A stretch of 64,000 nt of DNA from an uncultured Gemmatimonadaceae bacterium. Lineage in GTDB: Bacteria > Gemmatimonadota > Gemmatimonadetes > Gemmatimonadales > Gemmatimonadaceae. The notes under the pieces are model-generated. The model had not been told where the DNA came from. It did no database searches and was given only the letters and a program-made list of their open reading frames with translations. Numbering within the stretch: position 1 is the first letter of the stretch; each line of letters begins with the position of its first letter. The DNA lies in contig CAWJMB010000005.1 of assembly GCA_963843845.1 (NCBI GenBank), positions 92,160 to 156,159 on the forward strand, given 5' to 3'. Below are positions 34,758 through 45,328 of this stretch, one piece after another. A program made the position numbers and the translations under genes.

Positions 34758-36602
34758 TCAGCGCGCCCGGCGGCCTCTCGGTAACGCGAGCACGAACTCG
34801 GAGCCGACGCCGGGCTCGCTCGTCACGGTCAGCTCGCCCCCCATCCCGCGCGCGAACGCGCGGCTGATCGCCAGGCCGAGCCCCGTGCCGCCCTGCGCGC
34901 GGGTGAGGCGCGAGTCGACCTGCACGAACGGCTCGAAGATCGCGTCGCACTGATCGTTCGGGATGCCGATCCCCGTATCGCGCACGCGCACGACGACGCG
35001 CGACGCCGCCAGCTCGCAGCTCAACGTGATCGTCCCGCCCGACGGCGTGAACTTCACGCCGTTCGCGAGCAGGTTGAGCAGGATCTGCTGCACCTTCGCG
35101 CTGTCCGCCCGCGCCACGACGGCGCTGTCGCACTCCGCGCTGTCGATCGTGACGCCCTTCGTCCGCGCCTGCGGCAGGACCAGCACCGACGACGCCTCGA
35201 TCGCCTCGCGGAGCGTGACGTCGGTGAACTCGTAGTGCACGCGCTGGGCGTCGATCTTCGAGTAGCTGAGCACGTCGTTGATGAGGCCGAGCAGGTGCTG
35301 CTGACTGCGCCGGATGCGATCGAGCGCCTCGCGCTGCTGCTCGTTCACGGCCCCGTAGAGCTCGTCGGCGAGCAGCTCCGTGAAGCCGCCGATCGCGTTC
35401 AGCGGCGTGCGCAGCTCGTGACTCATCGTCGCGAGAAAATCCGAGCGCACGCGGCTCGCCGCCTCCGCCGCGCCGCGCGCCCGGCGCTCCGCCTCGAGCA
35501 ACTCCGCCTTCTCGCGCTCGTGCTGGCGCCGGTCCGTGACATCCTCGCAGACGATGTTCACGCCGATGATCTCGCCGTCCAGGCCGCGCAGCGGGAGAAA
35601 GTGTTCGCGCCACACACGCTGCGTGCCAGAGTGCGCCGTCGTCTCGCCGACGACCTCGACGTCCAGTACGGGCTCGCCACGTTCCAGCACCTGTCGCAGC
35701 ACCGGCTCGGCGGACTCGGCCACGGTCGGGATGAGGTCGTGGATGTGGCGACCGATGTGCGCCTCGGGAGGAAAGCCGTTCATCGCGGCGAGGTGCTCGT
35801 TGATGCGGACCCAGCGCAGCTCGGTGTCGAGCACGCACAGCCCGACACCGGCGTGGTCGTAGATCCCCTCGAGCTCGGCGAGCTGCGTCGCCATCGCGGC
35901 GGAGAGCGAATCGAGATGCCCGGCGTGGTCGATGAGCGTCTCGCGAACGGCTTTCGACCACCCGATCCGCTCCGCCGCGAGCTGCGCCAGCTCCTCGAGC
36001 GTGCCGACGTCATCGCTGCTCCACTCGCGCGGTGTGAAGTCCACCACGCATACACTCCCGAGACAGTGTCCGCCGAGTGCCGTCGGGGCGTTGAGGGGAA
36101 CACCGAGGTACGCGCGGATGCCGCCATCGATCGTCGCGCGGCTCGCCCGCACGAGCGGGTGGTCCGCGGCGTCGTGCACGATGAGCGGGCGCTGCTCGGT
36201 CACGACGTACTGACAGTACGAGGAGTCGAGTCCGACCGGCACGAGCCACGGCGTCACGTCGCCACAGCTGCCACCGCCGCCACCGTCGCCACCGTCGCCA
36301 CCGTCGCCACCGTCGCCACACTCTCCTCGCGCGAGCGCCGCGGAGACGGGCACCTGCGCGTCGCGCGTGACGACGTTGACCTGCGACAGTGGCACCCGCA
36401 GCGCACGAGCCGCGAGTCGCGCGACGCGGTCCATCGCCTCGCGGCCAGCGCGCGTCAGCAGTCCGCTCGCGTCGAGCGTCGCCAACCGCTCGGCGTTCTC
36501 CAGCGCGCGTCGGACGCGCGCGCGCAGCACGTCGTCATCCACCGACAGGCCGTCGCCGTTCATCGCAGGTCGTGCGTCGTTCGCGGATCGTGAATCGTGC
36601 AT
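34758..36602 (-). CDS. GAF-PAS sensor histidine kinase (start uncertain)
   Basis: GAF (RAYLGVPL..CVVD..PREWS), PAS, H-box MSHELRTPLNAI, NLLANGVKFT, DTGIGI, GTGLGL. Confidence 0.92.
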   Translation of the reverse strand: MHDSRSANDARPAMNGDGLSVDDDVLRARVRRALENAERLATLDASGLLTRAGREAMDRVARLAARALRVPLSQVNVVTRDAQVPVSAALARGECGDGGDGGDGGDGGGGGSCGDVTPWLVPVGLDSSYCQYVVTEQRPLIVHDAADHPLVRASRATIDGGIRAYLGVPLNAPTALGGHCLGSVCVVDFTPREWSSDDVGTLEELAQLAAERIGWSKAVRETLIDHAGHLDSLSAAMATQLAELEGIYDHAGVGLCVLDTELRWVRINEHLAAMNGFPPEAHIGRHIHDLIPTVAESAEPVLRQVLERGEPVLDVEVVGETTAHSGTQRVWREHFLPLRGLDGEIIGVNIVCEDVTDRRQHEREKAELLEAERRARGAAEAASRVRSDFLATMSHELRTPLNAIGGFTELLADELYGAVNEQQREALDRIRRSQQHLLGLINDVLSYSKIDAQRVHYEFTDVTLREAIEASSVLVLPQARTKGVTIDSAECDSAVVARADSAKVQQILLNLLANGVKFTPSGGTITLSCELAASRVVVRVRDTGIGIPNDQCDAIFEPFVQVDSRLTRAQGGTGLGLAISRAFARGMGGELTVTSEPGVGSEFVLALPRGRRAR

Positions 36603-36879
36603 CTCGTCGCCGTTGCCCGCACGCCGCCCCGCCAGCGTGGGACCCTCGTCATTCCAGCGTGAAGTCGCATGCTCGGCGGCGTCGCCGTGTCGAAGGTACA
36701 ACGGCGAACGCGACAATGTCATCGTCTCGCGAACCGCATGGTTCGTCTCCAGCCGAGCCCGCTGATGCTCGCGCGAGGCAGCGCGGTGCGACGTGCGGGG
36801 CGAGGCATGGTCCGACGTGCTGTGGCAACGACTCGGCGTCTCTTATCGTTGATCGAACCGAACCCAGGCCCAGCTCTCC

Positions 36880-38694
36880 ATGCTCCGTCTTCTCGCCGCG
36901 GCGGCCCTCGCCGCGTCCACGCTCGCTGCGCAAGCCCCTGTCGTCGAGAAGGTCGACCCGCCGAACTGGTGGGGGAATCACTCGATCAACCCGGTGCGCA
37001 TCCTCGTGCGCGGCCGGCACCTCGCGGGCGCACGCCTCGACTGCCCGCGCCTCGCCTGCGCCGGCGTGAAGGTGAACGCGGCGGGAACGTATCTGTTCGC
37101 CGACGTCACGATCCCGGGCGGCGCGGCGCCGGGGCGCTACCCGCTGACGCTGCGCACGAGCGGCGGCTCGGCGCCCGTTCCGTTCGAGATCGTGGCGCCA
37201 CTCCCGCTCACGGGCCGCTTCCAGGGCTTCGGGCCGAGCGACGTGATGTACCTCGTGATGCCCGACCGCTTCGCGAACGGCGATCCCACCAACGACGACC
37301 CGACGGTGTCGCGCGGCATCCTCGACCGCACGCAGCCGCGCCGCTATCACGGCGGCGACATCGCGGGCATCCGGCAGCAGCTTCCCTACCTGAAGTCGTT
37401 GGGCATCACCGCGATCTGGCTGAACCCGATCTACGACAACACGAACACGCTCGACACGAAGGAGGTCTACGACAACCTCCCCACGACGGCGTACCACGGC
37501 TACCACGCGATCGACTACTACGGCGTCGAGGAGCACTTCGGGACGATGGCCGAGTTCCGCGCGCTCGTCGACGACGCGCACCGGCAGGGGATCAAGATCA
37601 TCCTCGACATGGTCGCGAACCACACGAGCGCGTATCACCCGTGGGTGCAGGACTCACCGACCCCGACCTGGTTCCACGGCACCGCCGAGCGGCACCCGAA
37701 CAACGTGTGGCAGACGTGGACGCTCGCCGACCCGTACTCGCCGCGCGCCATGCGCGAGTCGACGCTCGACGGCTGGTTCATCGACCTGCTCCCCGACCTG
37801 AACCAGGACGACCCCGAGGTCGCGCGCTACATCATCCAGAACACGCTCTGGTGGGTCGGCATGAGCGGGATGGACGGCATCCGCCAGGACACGTGGCCGT
37901 ACGTGCCGCGCCCGTTCTGGCGCGACTGGATGAACGCGATCAAGCGACAGTATCCATCGCTCAAGGTCGTCGGCGAGGTGCTCGACGGCGACCCGGCGTT
38001 CGTGTCGTTTTTCCAGGGCGGGCGCACGCAGTTCGACGGCGTCGACGACGAGGTCGACGCGCTGTTCGACTTCCCGACCTACTTCGTCGCGCACGCCGCG
38101 TTCGCCCAGGGCAAGTCGCTGCGCGCGGTCGCGCAGATGCTGTCGCACGACCGGCTGTACCCGAACCCGAGCGTGCTCGTGACGCTGCTGGGGCTGCACG
38201 ACGTCGGCCGCTTCATGGGCGACCCCGCCGCGACGGTCGACGGTCTGAAGCTCGCCTACACGTTCCTCCTCACGGCGCGCGGCACGCCGCTCATCTACTA
38301 CGGCGACGAGATCGCGCTCGCCGGCGGCGGCGATCCCGACAACCGCCGCGATTTCCCCGGCGGCTGGAGCGGCGACGCGCGGAACGCGTTCACCGCCGCG
38401 GGGCGCACGCCGCAGCAGGAGGCCGTCTGGTCGCACGTGCAGCGGCTGTTGCAGCTGCGCGCGTCGCGCCCCGATCTGTACCTGGCGAGGACGGAGAATC
38501 TGGCGGTCGAGGACCAGCAGCTCGTCTATCGGCGCGGGCGCACGGTCGTCGCGCTGAACAACGACACGAAGCCGGCCGAGGTGCGCCTCGCCGCGACGAC
38601 GCTGCCGGCCGTCGCGTTAGGCAGCTGCACGTCGCGCCGGGACGGCAGCACGACGGTGCTCACCATCCCGGCGCGCGCGGGGTGCGTGTTCTAG
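36880..38694 (+). CDS. GH13 alpha-amylase/cyclomaltodextrinase-like, secreted
   Basis: VDPPNWW N-domain, MPDRFANGD, YHGGD, YHGY, DMVANH, DGIRQDT, GE, HD, YYGDE. Confidence 0.92.
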   Translation: MLRLLAAAALAASTLAAQAPVVEKVDPPNWWGNHSINPVRILVRGRHLAGARLDCPRLACAGVKVNAAGTYLFADVTIPGGAAPGRYPLTLRTSGGSAPVPFEIVAPLPLTGRFQGFGPSDVMYLVMPDRFANGDPTNDDPTVSRGILDRTQPRRYHGGDIAGIRQQLPYLKSLGITAIWLNPIYDNTNTLDTKEVYDNLPTTAYHGYHAIDYYGVEEHFGTMAEFRALVDDAHRQGIKIILDMVANHTSAYHPWVQDSPTPTWFHGTAERHPNNVWQTWTLADPYSPRAMRESTLDGWFIDLLPDLNQDDPEVARYIIQNTLWWVGMSGMDGIRQDTWPYVPRPFWRDWMNAIKRQYPSLKVVGEVLDGDPAFVSFFQGGRTQFDGVDDEVDALFDFPTYFVAHAAFAQGKSLRAVAQMLSHDRLYPNPSVLVTLLGLHDVGRFMGDPAATVDGLKLAYTFLLTARGTPLIYYGDEIALAGGGDPDNRRDFPGGWSGDARNAFTAAGRTPQQEAVWSHVQRLLQLRASRPDLYLARTENLAVEDQQLVYRRGRTVVALNNDTKPAEVRLAATTLPAVALGSCTSRRDGSTTVLTIPARAGCVF

Positions 38695-38713
38695 GTCCTG
38701 GGCTGTTCATTTT

Positions 38714-38783
38714 GGCAGAAGGAACGGAAGGAACAGAGGACCCGCCCGAGTCCTGTCTTCTGTTCCTTCTGTTCCCTCTGTCG
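38714..38783. repeat. Palindromic element built of 9-bp units (ACRGAAGGR) between convergent genes; possible bidirectional terminator
   Basis: GCAGAAGGA ACGGAAGGA ACAGAGGA ... TCCT..TTCTGT TCCTTCTGT TCCCTCTGT. Confidence 0.65.
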
Positions 38784-38806
38784 CGAACGCTCGCGCCGAG
38801 CGCGTT

Positions 38807-40921
38807 CTACTGCATCGCGGCCGTCGCGTTCGGCTTGTTCGCGTAGCGGTCGAACCAGCTCCGCAGGTAGAGCTGCGTCCGCAGGAAGTTCGACGGGGTG
38901 CTCGACGTGCCGTGGTACTCGTTGTTCATGCGCACGAGCGCCGTCGGCACGCCGCGCATCTTGAGCGCGCTGTAGAACTCCTCGCTCTGCGGCATCGGCG
39001 TGCGCAGGTCGAGCACGCCGGTCATGAGCAGCGTCGGCGTCTTCACGTTGCCGACGTACATGATCGGCGAGCGGCGCAGGTGCTCGCTCGGGTCCTCCCA
39101 GAACGGCCGCTCGAAGTTGCGGTGCCACCCCGCGCCGTCGGTCTCGCCGACGAAGCTCAGCCAGTTCGTCACCGGGCAGAGCGACGCCGCGGCCGCGAAG
39201 CGGTCGGTGTGCCCCACCGTCCACGCGGTGAGCACGCCGCCGCCGGAGCACCCGGTCACGAACAGATTCTTCGCGTCGACGTAGCCGCGGCCCAACACAC
39301 TGTCGACGCCCGTCATCAGGTCGTCGTAGTCCTTGCCCGGGTACGCGTTCTTGATCTCGTTCGTGAACTTGTTGCCGTAGCCGGTGCTGCCGCGCGGGTT
39401 CGTGTAGAGCACGACGTAGTTGTCGGCCGCGTGGTCCTGCCGCGCGAAGCTGAAGGCGACGTTGTACATCGACTGCGGCCCGCCGTGGATGTCGAGGATG
39501 AGCGGGTACTTGCGCGACGGGTCGAAGTTCGGCGGCTTCACGATCCACCCCTGGATCCGGAGCCCGTCCTTCGACGGGTACCAGATCTCCTCGGTCGTCG
39601 CGAGCTGCTTGCCGGCGAGCACGTCCTCGTTCACCCGCGTGAGCTGCGCGAAGGTGGACGTCGCGCCCGTCTTCGGCACGCTGAACGTCACGACGTCGTT
39701 CGGCTGCATCGGCGTCGAGCGCACGGCGACCGCGAGCCCGGTGCCGGCGACGTTGCCGACCGTGAGCACCTGCGCCCCGGTCGTGACCGGGCGCATCGTC
39801 CCCGTCGGCGTCGCGAAGTACAGATTGCGCGTTCCCTCGCTCTCGGCCGCGAAGTACACGCCGCTGTTGTCGGTCGCCCAGAACACGTTGCTGACGTTCC
39901 GGTCGAAGCTCGGCGACACGACGTGCGCGTTCGTGCCGTCGGCGTTCATGAGCATCAGCTTCGTGTCCGGGAACGCCGACTGCTCGGTGCTGTCGGCGGA
40001 GAGGTACGCGACCCACCGTCCGTTCGGCGACCACTGCGGGTTCGCCGCGTTGCCGGCGCCCTGCGTGAGCTGCCTGGTCTCGCCGGTCGCGAGGTTCGTG
40101 ATGTAGAGGTGCGACTTGCGGAACGCACGCTCGCTGTCCGGCACGCGGTAGCCCGAATACGCGACCCACTTGCCGTCCGGCGAGAAGGTCGGCGCGGAGT
40201 GGCTCCAGTCGCCGTTCGTGATCTGGCGGGCCGTGCCGCCGTCGGCCGGGATGACGAAGATGTGGCGGTACGAGTCGTCGGTGAAGCCGACGCGGTCCGA
40301 GCGGTAGCTGAGGCGCGTGTTCACCTTCGGCGCCTCCGTCCACTTCGCGCCCTTCGGCGGCGTCGGCATCGCGATGCGCCACGTGTCGCGCGTCGGCACG
40401 TTCATGTTGAACGCGATCGCCTTGCCGTCCGGCGCCCACTCGAGCGCGCTCGGCGCCTCGGTCAGGTGCGAGATCTGGGTCACGGCGCCTTCCGCGTCCA
40501 TCCACCGCACGAAGATCTGCGGTGTGGACGGCGTCGCGGTCGACGCGCCGGCGGTCTCGCCGCGGCCGATGTAGGCGATGCGCTTCCCGTCGGGCGACCA
40601 GTGCGCGTCCGAGCCCTGCGTGAGGGCGCGCGCGTGCGAGCCGTCGGCGCTCATGATCCAGAGCGACGTCTCCCACCGGTCGTTCATCTTGTCGACCCAG
40701 CGGCGGGTGAAGATGATCTGCGACCCGTCCGGCGAGAGCTGCGGGTTCTGGACGTCCTCCCAGTCGAGATACTGCTCGAGCTGGACGCGGTTCGCGGGGC
40801 GCGTCGCGGCGGCGGGCTGCTGCGCAGAGGGCGCGGCGAGGGGAAGGGCGGCGGCGCCGGCCAGCACGGCGAGGCGGGCGGCGCGGGGCAGGAGACGAGA
40901 GCGAAACACGGGGTCCTCCAC
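38807..40921 (-). CDS. S9 family peptidase (prolyl oligopeptidase/acylaminoacyl peptidase)
   Basis: PD40-like SPDG repeats, IHGGP, NPRGSTGYG, catalytic GCSGGG, D.R.P, EYHG. Confidence 0.93.
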   Translation of the reverse strand: MEDPVFRSRLLPRAARLAVLAGAAALPLAAPSAQQPAAATRPANRVQLEQYLDWEDVQNPQLSPDGSQIIFTRRWVDKMNDRWETSLWIMSADGSHARALTQGSDAHWSPDGKRIAYIGRGETAGASTATPSTPQIFVRWMDAEGAVTQISHLTEAPSALEWAPDGKAIAFNMNVPTRDTWRIAMPTPPKGAKWTEAPKVNTRLSYRSDRVGFTDDSYRHIFVIPADGGTARQITNGDWSHSAPTFSPDGKWVAYSGYRVPDSERAFRKSHLYITNLATGETRQLTQGAGNAANPQWSPNGRWVAYLSADSTEQSAFPDTKLMLMNADGTNAHVVSPSFDRNVSNVFWATDNSGVYFAAESEGTRNLYFATPTGTMRPVTTGAQVLTVGNVAGTGLAVAVRSTPMQPNDVVTFSVPKTGATSTFAQLTRVNEDVLAGKQLATTEEIWYPSKDGLRIQGWIVKPPNFDPSRKYPLILDIHGGPQSMYNVAFSFARQDHAADNYVVLYTNPRGSTGYGNKFTNEIKNAYPGKDYDDLMTGVDSVLGRGYVDAKNLFVTGCSGGGVLTAWTVGHTDRFAAAASLCPVTNWLSFVGETDGAGWHRNFERPFWEDPSEHLRRSPIMYVGNVKTPTLLMTGVLDLRTPMPQSEEFYSALKMRGVPTALVRMNNEYHGTSSTPSNFLRTQLYLRSWFDRYANKPNATAAMQ

Positions 40922-41299
40922 GAAGCGGGGAATACTCGTCGACGTCGTTCGATCTACGGCGAAGGCACGTCGATCGCTAGGCGCCGCCGCGACACATTTC
41001 GTGACGGATCGCGTGTCGACGGGTTCCGTGTCGACAGATTCCGTCCCGGCCGCACCGCCCGCTGGCGCCCCGACCGCCGACGGGCCGGCAAGAAGCGGGG
41101 TGCACCATCGGGCAGCAGATCGCGCTCTCCTTCGACACGGGCGAGGGCGCCGAAGTCGCCCAGAACCTACATAGCCGGCCCTCGACGCCGAGGAGCGAGA
41201 TCGTGCGCTTTTCCGGCTGGGGCGACGCGCAGCGCTCGGAATCGAGTGGTTCGGAATGCGGTCCGCGGCGGAGATGAGTCGTTACGCCGTCGTCGAGGG

Positions 41300-42253
41300 T
41301 TAGTAAGGCCCTAAAAACCGCTCGCCGTCGAAGTGGATCATGTGATCCGGAAAATCCGCGGTCCACACTTCCGTCTCCCACGCGATCTGCGCCGCGTACT
41401 CGCGGAACGTCGCGCGATCGGGGAATGCCGTGACGAATACGAGTCCGGCCTTGCTCTCGCCGAAGAGCGCGGTGAGGTCACGGTGGCGTAAGGGATTGAT
41501 CGGGCCGTGACTCGTCACTGCCTCAACGAGCACAAGCCAGTTACGCGCAACGTCGTGTACGACGACGTCCGGCATCTTGCCGTGCGACTCGACCGTGACG
41601 CCGAGCTGCGCTAGACGAGCGTCGTCAAACCAAAGCCACTTCCGCCCCGTGTCACCGATGTAGATCGGATACGCGCCGGGTGTGAAGTGCGGGCAGAACG
41701 TCGTGAGAATCGCATGCACGAGCGGGTTCTGACCGCCCGGCGTCAGTGTCGCGACTTCTCCGTTCGGGAGTGCGAGTGGGATCATCTCGCGCACGCGGCG
41801 CCGGGCGTATGCGTCGCGCAGACTTCCGGCTTCTGCGAGATACGTCGGAAGCGACTGCGCCCACGCTGACGTGCCCCAGGTGCGGAGCAGCGCGAGTGCG
41901 CGGGGCGCGATTTGGTAGCAAAAGTGCGGGCTGTTCGTGGGCCGGTCCGGCTTGTCGGGGTTCGGGACGACGAGACCGGCCTGCACGAACTGATGCAGCG
42001 TGAAACGTCGGACGGTCTCGCGCGTGTTCGGCTTCCACACTTTGCCAAAGTGCCGCGCGACGTACTCCATGATCGCCAGCGTCCCGAGCAGCGGGTCGCC
42101 CGCCTCGCCCCACTCACGTCCCGGACGTAGCTCGAGCAGCGCAAGAAGCGTCAGCGCCGCTCGCTCGTTCGTCTGCTCGACCGGAAGGCCTAGCGCGACG
42201 AGGACCCGCTGGGCCTCCGACACCATCGACGTGGTGGCCGCGCTCGGCGTCAT
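41300..42253 (-). CDS. BsuBI/PstI family type II restriction endonuclease
   Basis: PNTRETVRRFTLHQF, HGKMPDVV, WLVLVEAVTSHGP, IAWETEVW.A..P.HMIHFDGERFLGPY; ATG overlaps the MTase stop (ATGA). Confidence 0.92.
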   Translation of the reverse strand: MTPSAATTSMVSEAQRVLVALGLPVEQTNERAALTLLALLELRPGREWGEAGDPLLGTLAIMEYVARHFGKVWKPNTRETVRRFTLHQFVQAGLVVPNPDKPDRPTNSPHFCYQIAPRALALLRTWGTSAWAQSLPTYLAEAGSLRDAYARRRVREMIPLALPNGEVATLTPGGQNPLVHAILTTFCPHFTPGAYPIYIGDTGRKWLWFDDARLAQLGVTVESHGKMPDVVVHDVARNWLVLVEAVTSHGPINPLRHRDLTALFGESKAGLVFVTAFPDRATFREYAAQIAWETEVWTADFPDHMIHFDGERFLGPY

Positions 42254-43785
42254 GCCGCAGCGACGTTCGGCGTGAACGTCTGCAGAAGCAGTTCGGCCGC
42301 AACTGCAAGGCGGCCATGTACCAGTGCCGAACCGATGCTGCGCAGGGTTGCGCCGTCGGGGTAGCGCAGCGTGCGAAGGTCGGTGGCGTTCACCTGCGTG
42401 TGCCCGCTGAACTGCCTGAAGTACTGATCGACCGCGCCCGAATTGAGGAACGCCGCAAGCCCGTAGGCGAGCGTGGGGTCGAGTGGTCGGCCGCCGGCGT
42501 GGAAGTAGTTCAAGTGATTCTCGAAGCCGATCGCGTCTCCCGCGACGTGAGCGGGATCGAGGACGGTCGCGACGATGCGACGCCGTTCCTCCTTGGATGA
42601 GAACCGCTTCGTCAGCACGTAGTGCCCCGCCGGCACAAGTAGCTCGGACGGCGCGTCGCCGGCCAACGCATTCGACTTCTTCCCATTCGGCTTCGGCCAC
42701 TCGACGTGCGCCGCGCCGAAATGCGCCGGGTAGATGAGCGGGTACGTTCCCGGCTCAGGGTCTGGTCGCAGCCATTGACGCGCGCGGAAGTCCACGACGC
42801 GTCCTGTCGACACCTGAAGCCCGAGCGTCGCTAGCGTCGCCGGCAGTGCAGCAATGGCGTCGGCGACGTGATGATCGTCGGCGTCGGACGTCACGTGCAC
42901 GAACGCCTGTGGATCGCCAGGGTGGACGACGCGATCGAACGCGACGACTTGCTCGCGCGACGTCAGCGCCTCGGGGCCGGCGCTCTCCGTGATCCGCACG
43001 CTCGGCCCCTGCCGCCCCCGCCGGACGTGATAGATCACGTTCTCCGTTAGCACCCCGTCATCCTTGAACGCGGCCGTGCGACTCTCGTACACGTGGAGGC
43101 GCTCGAACGACACGTGGTCGAGCAAGAGGCGGCGGAACGGCTGAAAGTAGGTGCCGTTACACCAACTGCGAGGCGTGATGGCCACGAGCTCCCCGCCCGG
43201 CGCGAGCTGCTGTACGGCGAGTGCGACGAACGCGGCGTACAGATTTGTTACGGGCAAGCCAAGACGATCGAGCGCACGTCGCTCCGGCGATGTGGCTCCG
43301 ATTTTCTTGTATGGGGGGTTCGTGATGATCGCGTCGTACCTAGCGACCGATTCGTGCGTGAACAGCGTCTGCTCAAGTGCGCTCGCGCTCGCCGCGACGT
43401 AATCACCCTCGACCACGCGCCATTCGCATGCGACCCCGTGCGCGGCGCACACGTCTTCGCAGCCGCGGAGTGTCGCGCCGAGCTCCGCCCAGAGCGAGTG
43501 GTCGAGCTCGACGGCCGTGAGTTCGATCCGCTCGGGCGGCGTCGAACGAGCGACCAACGTCGCGACCATCGCCGCCGTCAGCGCGCCGACTCCAGCGCCC
43601 GGGTCCAGCGCGCGGACGACCGGCGTCGCCAGCTCGAACATCGCCGCCATCTGGAGCCCCGTTGCTGACGGCGTGAAGTACTGGCCGAGCGCCGCCTGGT
43701 GCGCCTGGTTGACGACCGCTCGATACCGGTGTCGCGCGGCCTCGACCTGCTGAAGCAGCTCGGCGGGAGTGGTGCGATAGCGCAT
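42250..43785 (-). CDS. N6-adenine DNA methyltransferase, gamma class (M.BsuBI/M.PstI-like)
   Basis: LGQYFTP, motif I LDPGAGVG, motif IV NPPY, NLYAAF, KRFSSKEERRR, FENHLNY, SGHTQVNATDL. Confidence 0.92.
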   Translation of the reverse strand: MRYRTTPAELLQQVEAARHRYRAVVNQAHQAALGQYFTPSATGLQMAAMFELATPVVRALDPGAGVGALTAAMVATLVARSTPPERIELTAVELDHSLWAELGATLRGCEDVCAAHGVACEWRVVEGDYVAASASALEQTLFTHESVARYDAIITNPPYKKIGATSPERRALDRLGLPVTNLYAAFVALAVQQLAPGGELVAITPRSWCNGTYFQPFRRLLLDHVSFERLHVYESRTAAFKDDGVLTENVIYHVRRGRQGPSVRITESAGPEALTSREQVVAFDRVVHPGDPQAFVHVTSDADDHHVADAIAALPATLATLGLQVSTGRVVDFRARQWLRPDPEPGTYPLIYPAHFGAAHVEWPKPNGKKSNALAGDAPSELLVPAGHYVLTKRFSSKEERRRIVATVLDPAHVAGDAIGFENHLNYFHAGGRPLDPTLAYGLAAFLNSGAVDQYFRQFSGHTQVNATDLRTLRYPDGATLRSIGSALVHGRLAVAAELLLQTFTPNVAAA

Positions 43786-43952
43786 GGCGAAAACTCGCGG
43801 GCCTGTCGTTCCCCCGCCACCACGCGCAGCGGCAGAGCACACGCTCGGCGACACCTTCCACACGTGATGAGGGGTCTGGAGTTGGCCAAGCACCGTCGCT
43901 CCTCAACTCCAGATGCCTCGCCTGCGACTGAGAGCCGTTCGCTACGCTCGCG

Positions 43953-45322
43953 TCACGGCCGGTCCTTGAACCGCGCGTACAGCTCCGTGTGCTTCGAGTC
44001 GAGCGGCACCTGCCGCCCGTCGATGAACAGGTACTTCGTGTCCGTCCGCGCCTCGAGCATGTCGCCCGTCGTCACGACGAGGTTCGCGACCTTGCCGACC
44101 TCGATCGACCCGATGCGGTCGCCGACGCCGAGGATCTGCGCCGGCCAGAGCGTCACCGACCTGAGCGCGTCCTCCTTCGAGAGCCCGAACGCCGCCGCCA
44201 TGCCCGCCGTGTAGGGCAGGTTGCGCACTTCGGCGCTCGCGTCGCCCGACGTGATGCGCGAAGCGGACGCCCGCCGCGGCGAGCTTCGACGGCGCGGCGT
44301 AGTTCACGTCGTACGGGTCGTCCTCGCGCGTCGGCAGCGTCCATGACGCTCGTGAGCAGCACCGGGACGTCGTGCTGCTTCAGGTACGGCGCGATCTGCC
44401 ACGCGTCGCGCCCGCCGAGGATGATCGGCTTGAGCTTGTTCTCCTCGGCGAACGCGACCGCCTCGCGGATGTCGTGGGCGCGGTCGGCGACGAAGATCAC
44501 CGGCGCCTGGCCACGCACGTACGGCACGAGCGACGCGAGCACGACGTCCTGCTTCGGGCGCGGGATCGACTTGTCCTTCGCGTAGGCGTCCATCACGTCG
44601 CCGTACGCCGTCGCGTCCTTCAGCATCCCCTTCAGCGAGTCGAGCTGGAGCTGGCGCGTGCGGTTCACGTCTGCCGTGTTGCCGCGCGCCCGCGAACGCC
44701 GCGAAGCCGCCGCCGCCGCGCCGCCCGCCGAAGCCCGAGCGCGGCAGCTCGACGATGAGCGCCGCCTTCTGCACGAGCGCCATCTGCGGCGCCGTCGAGC
44801 CGGCGAGGTTGAGCAGCGTCGCCTGGCCGGAGACGACGCCGCCGGTCGGGCGCGAGAGCGCCGCGGTGATGCCGACGACGCGCGCGACGCCGCCGTGCGC
44901 GCTGTGCGGGTTGACGCCGAAGTACGCCTGCGCGTTCGGGTTGAACGTTCCCCGTCTCCGACGATGTCGACCGTCGACGTCGCGCCCTGCGGGATCTCCT
45001 GAGGCCCAACGACGAGCCGGCGTCGGTCATGCCGGGGTAGACGGTCAGGCCGGTCGCGTCGATCACCGTCGCGCCGGCCGGCGCGTTCACGCTCGCGCCG
45101 ACCGCCTGGATCTTGCCGCCGCTGATGACGATGGCGCCGTTCGCGATCTCCGCGCCGACGACGGGGACGATGCGCGCGTTGCGGATGACGAACGTGCCCT
45201 GCGGCCCCGGCGGCGGCGTTGTAGGCGCCGAGCTGCGCGCGGGAAACGTCAGGCACCGCGGTCGTCAGCAGCGCCGGAGCGGCCACGAAGGCCGCGCGAA
45301 GAAGAAGCGTGCGGGTCGTCAT
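43953..45322 (-). CDS. Amidohydrolase family protein, secreted, frameshifted
   Basis: [44 protein letters not shown] across frames. Confidence 0.8.
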
Positions 45323-45328
45323 GGTCGG

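Noticed and set aside
41178..41302. RM pair as an integron cassette (stop codon within TACTAAC; inverted repeat CCCTCGACG/CGTCGAGGG)
   Set aside because: No RYYYAAC/GTTRRRY pair with correct L-box spacing, and no resemblance to the three attC sites.
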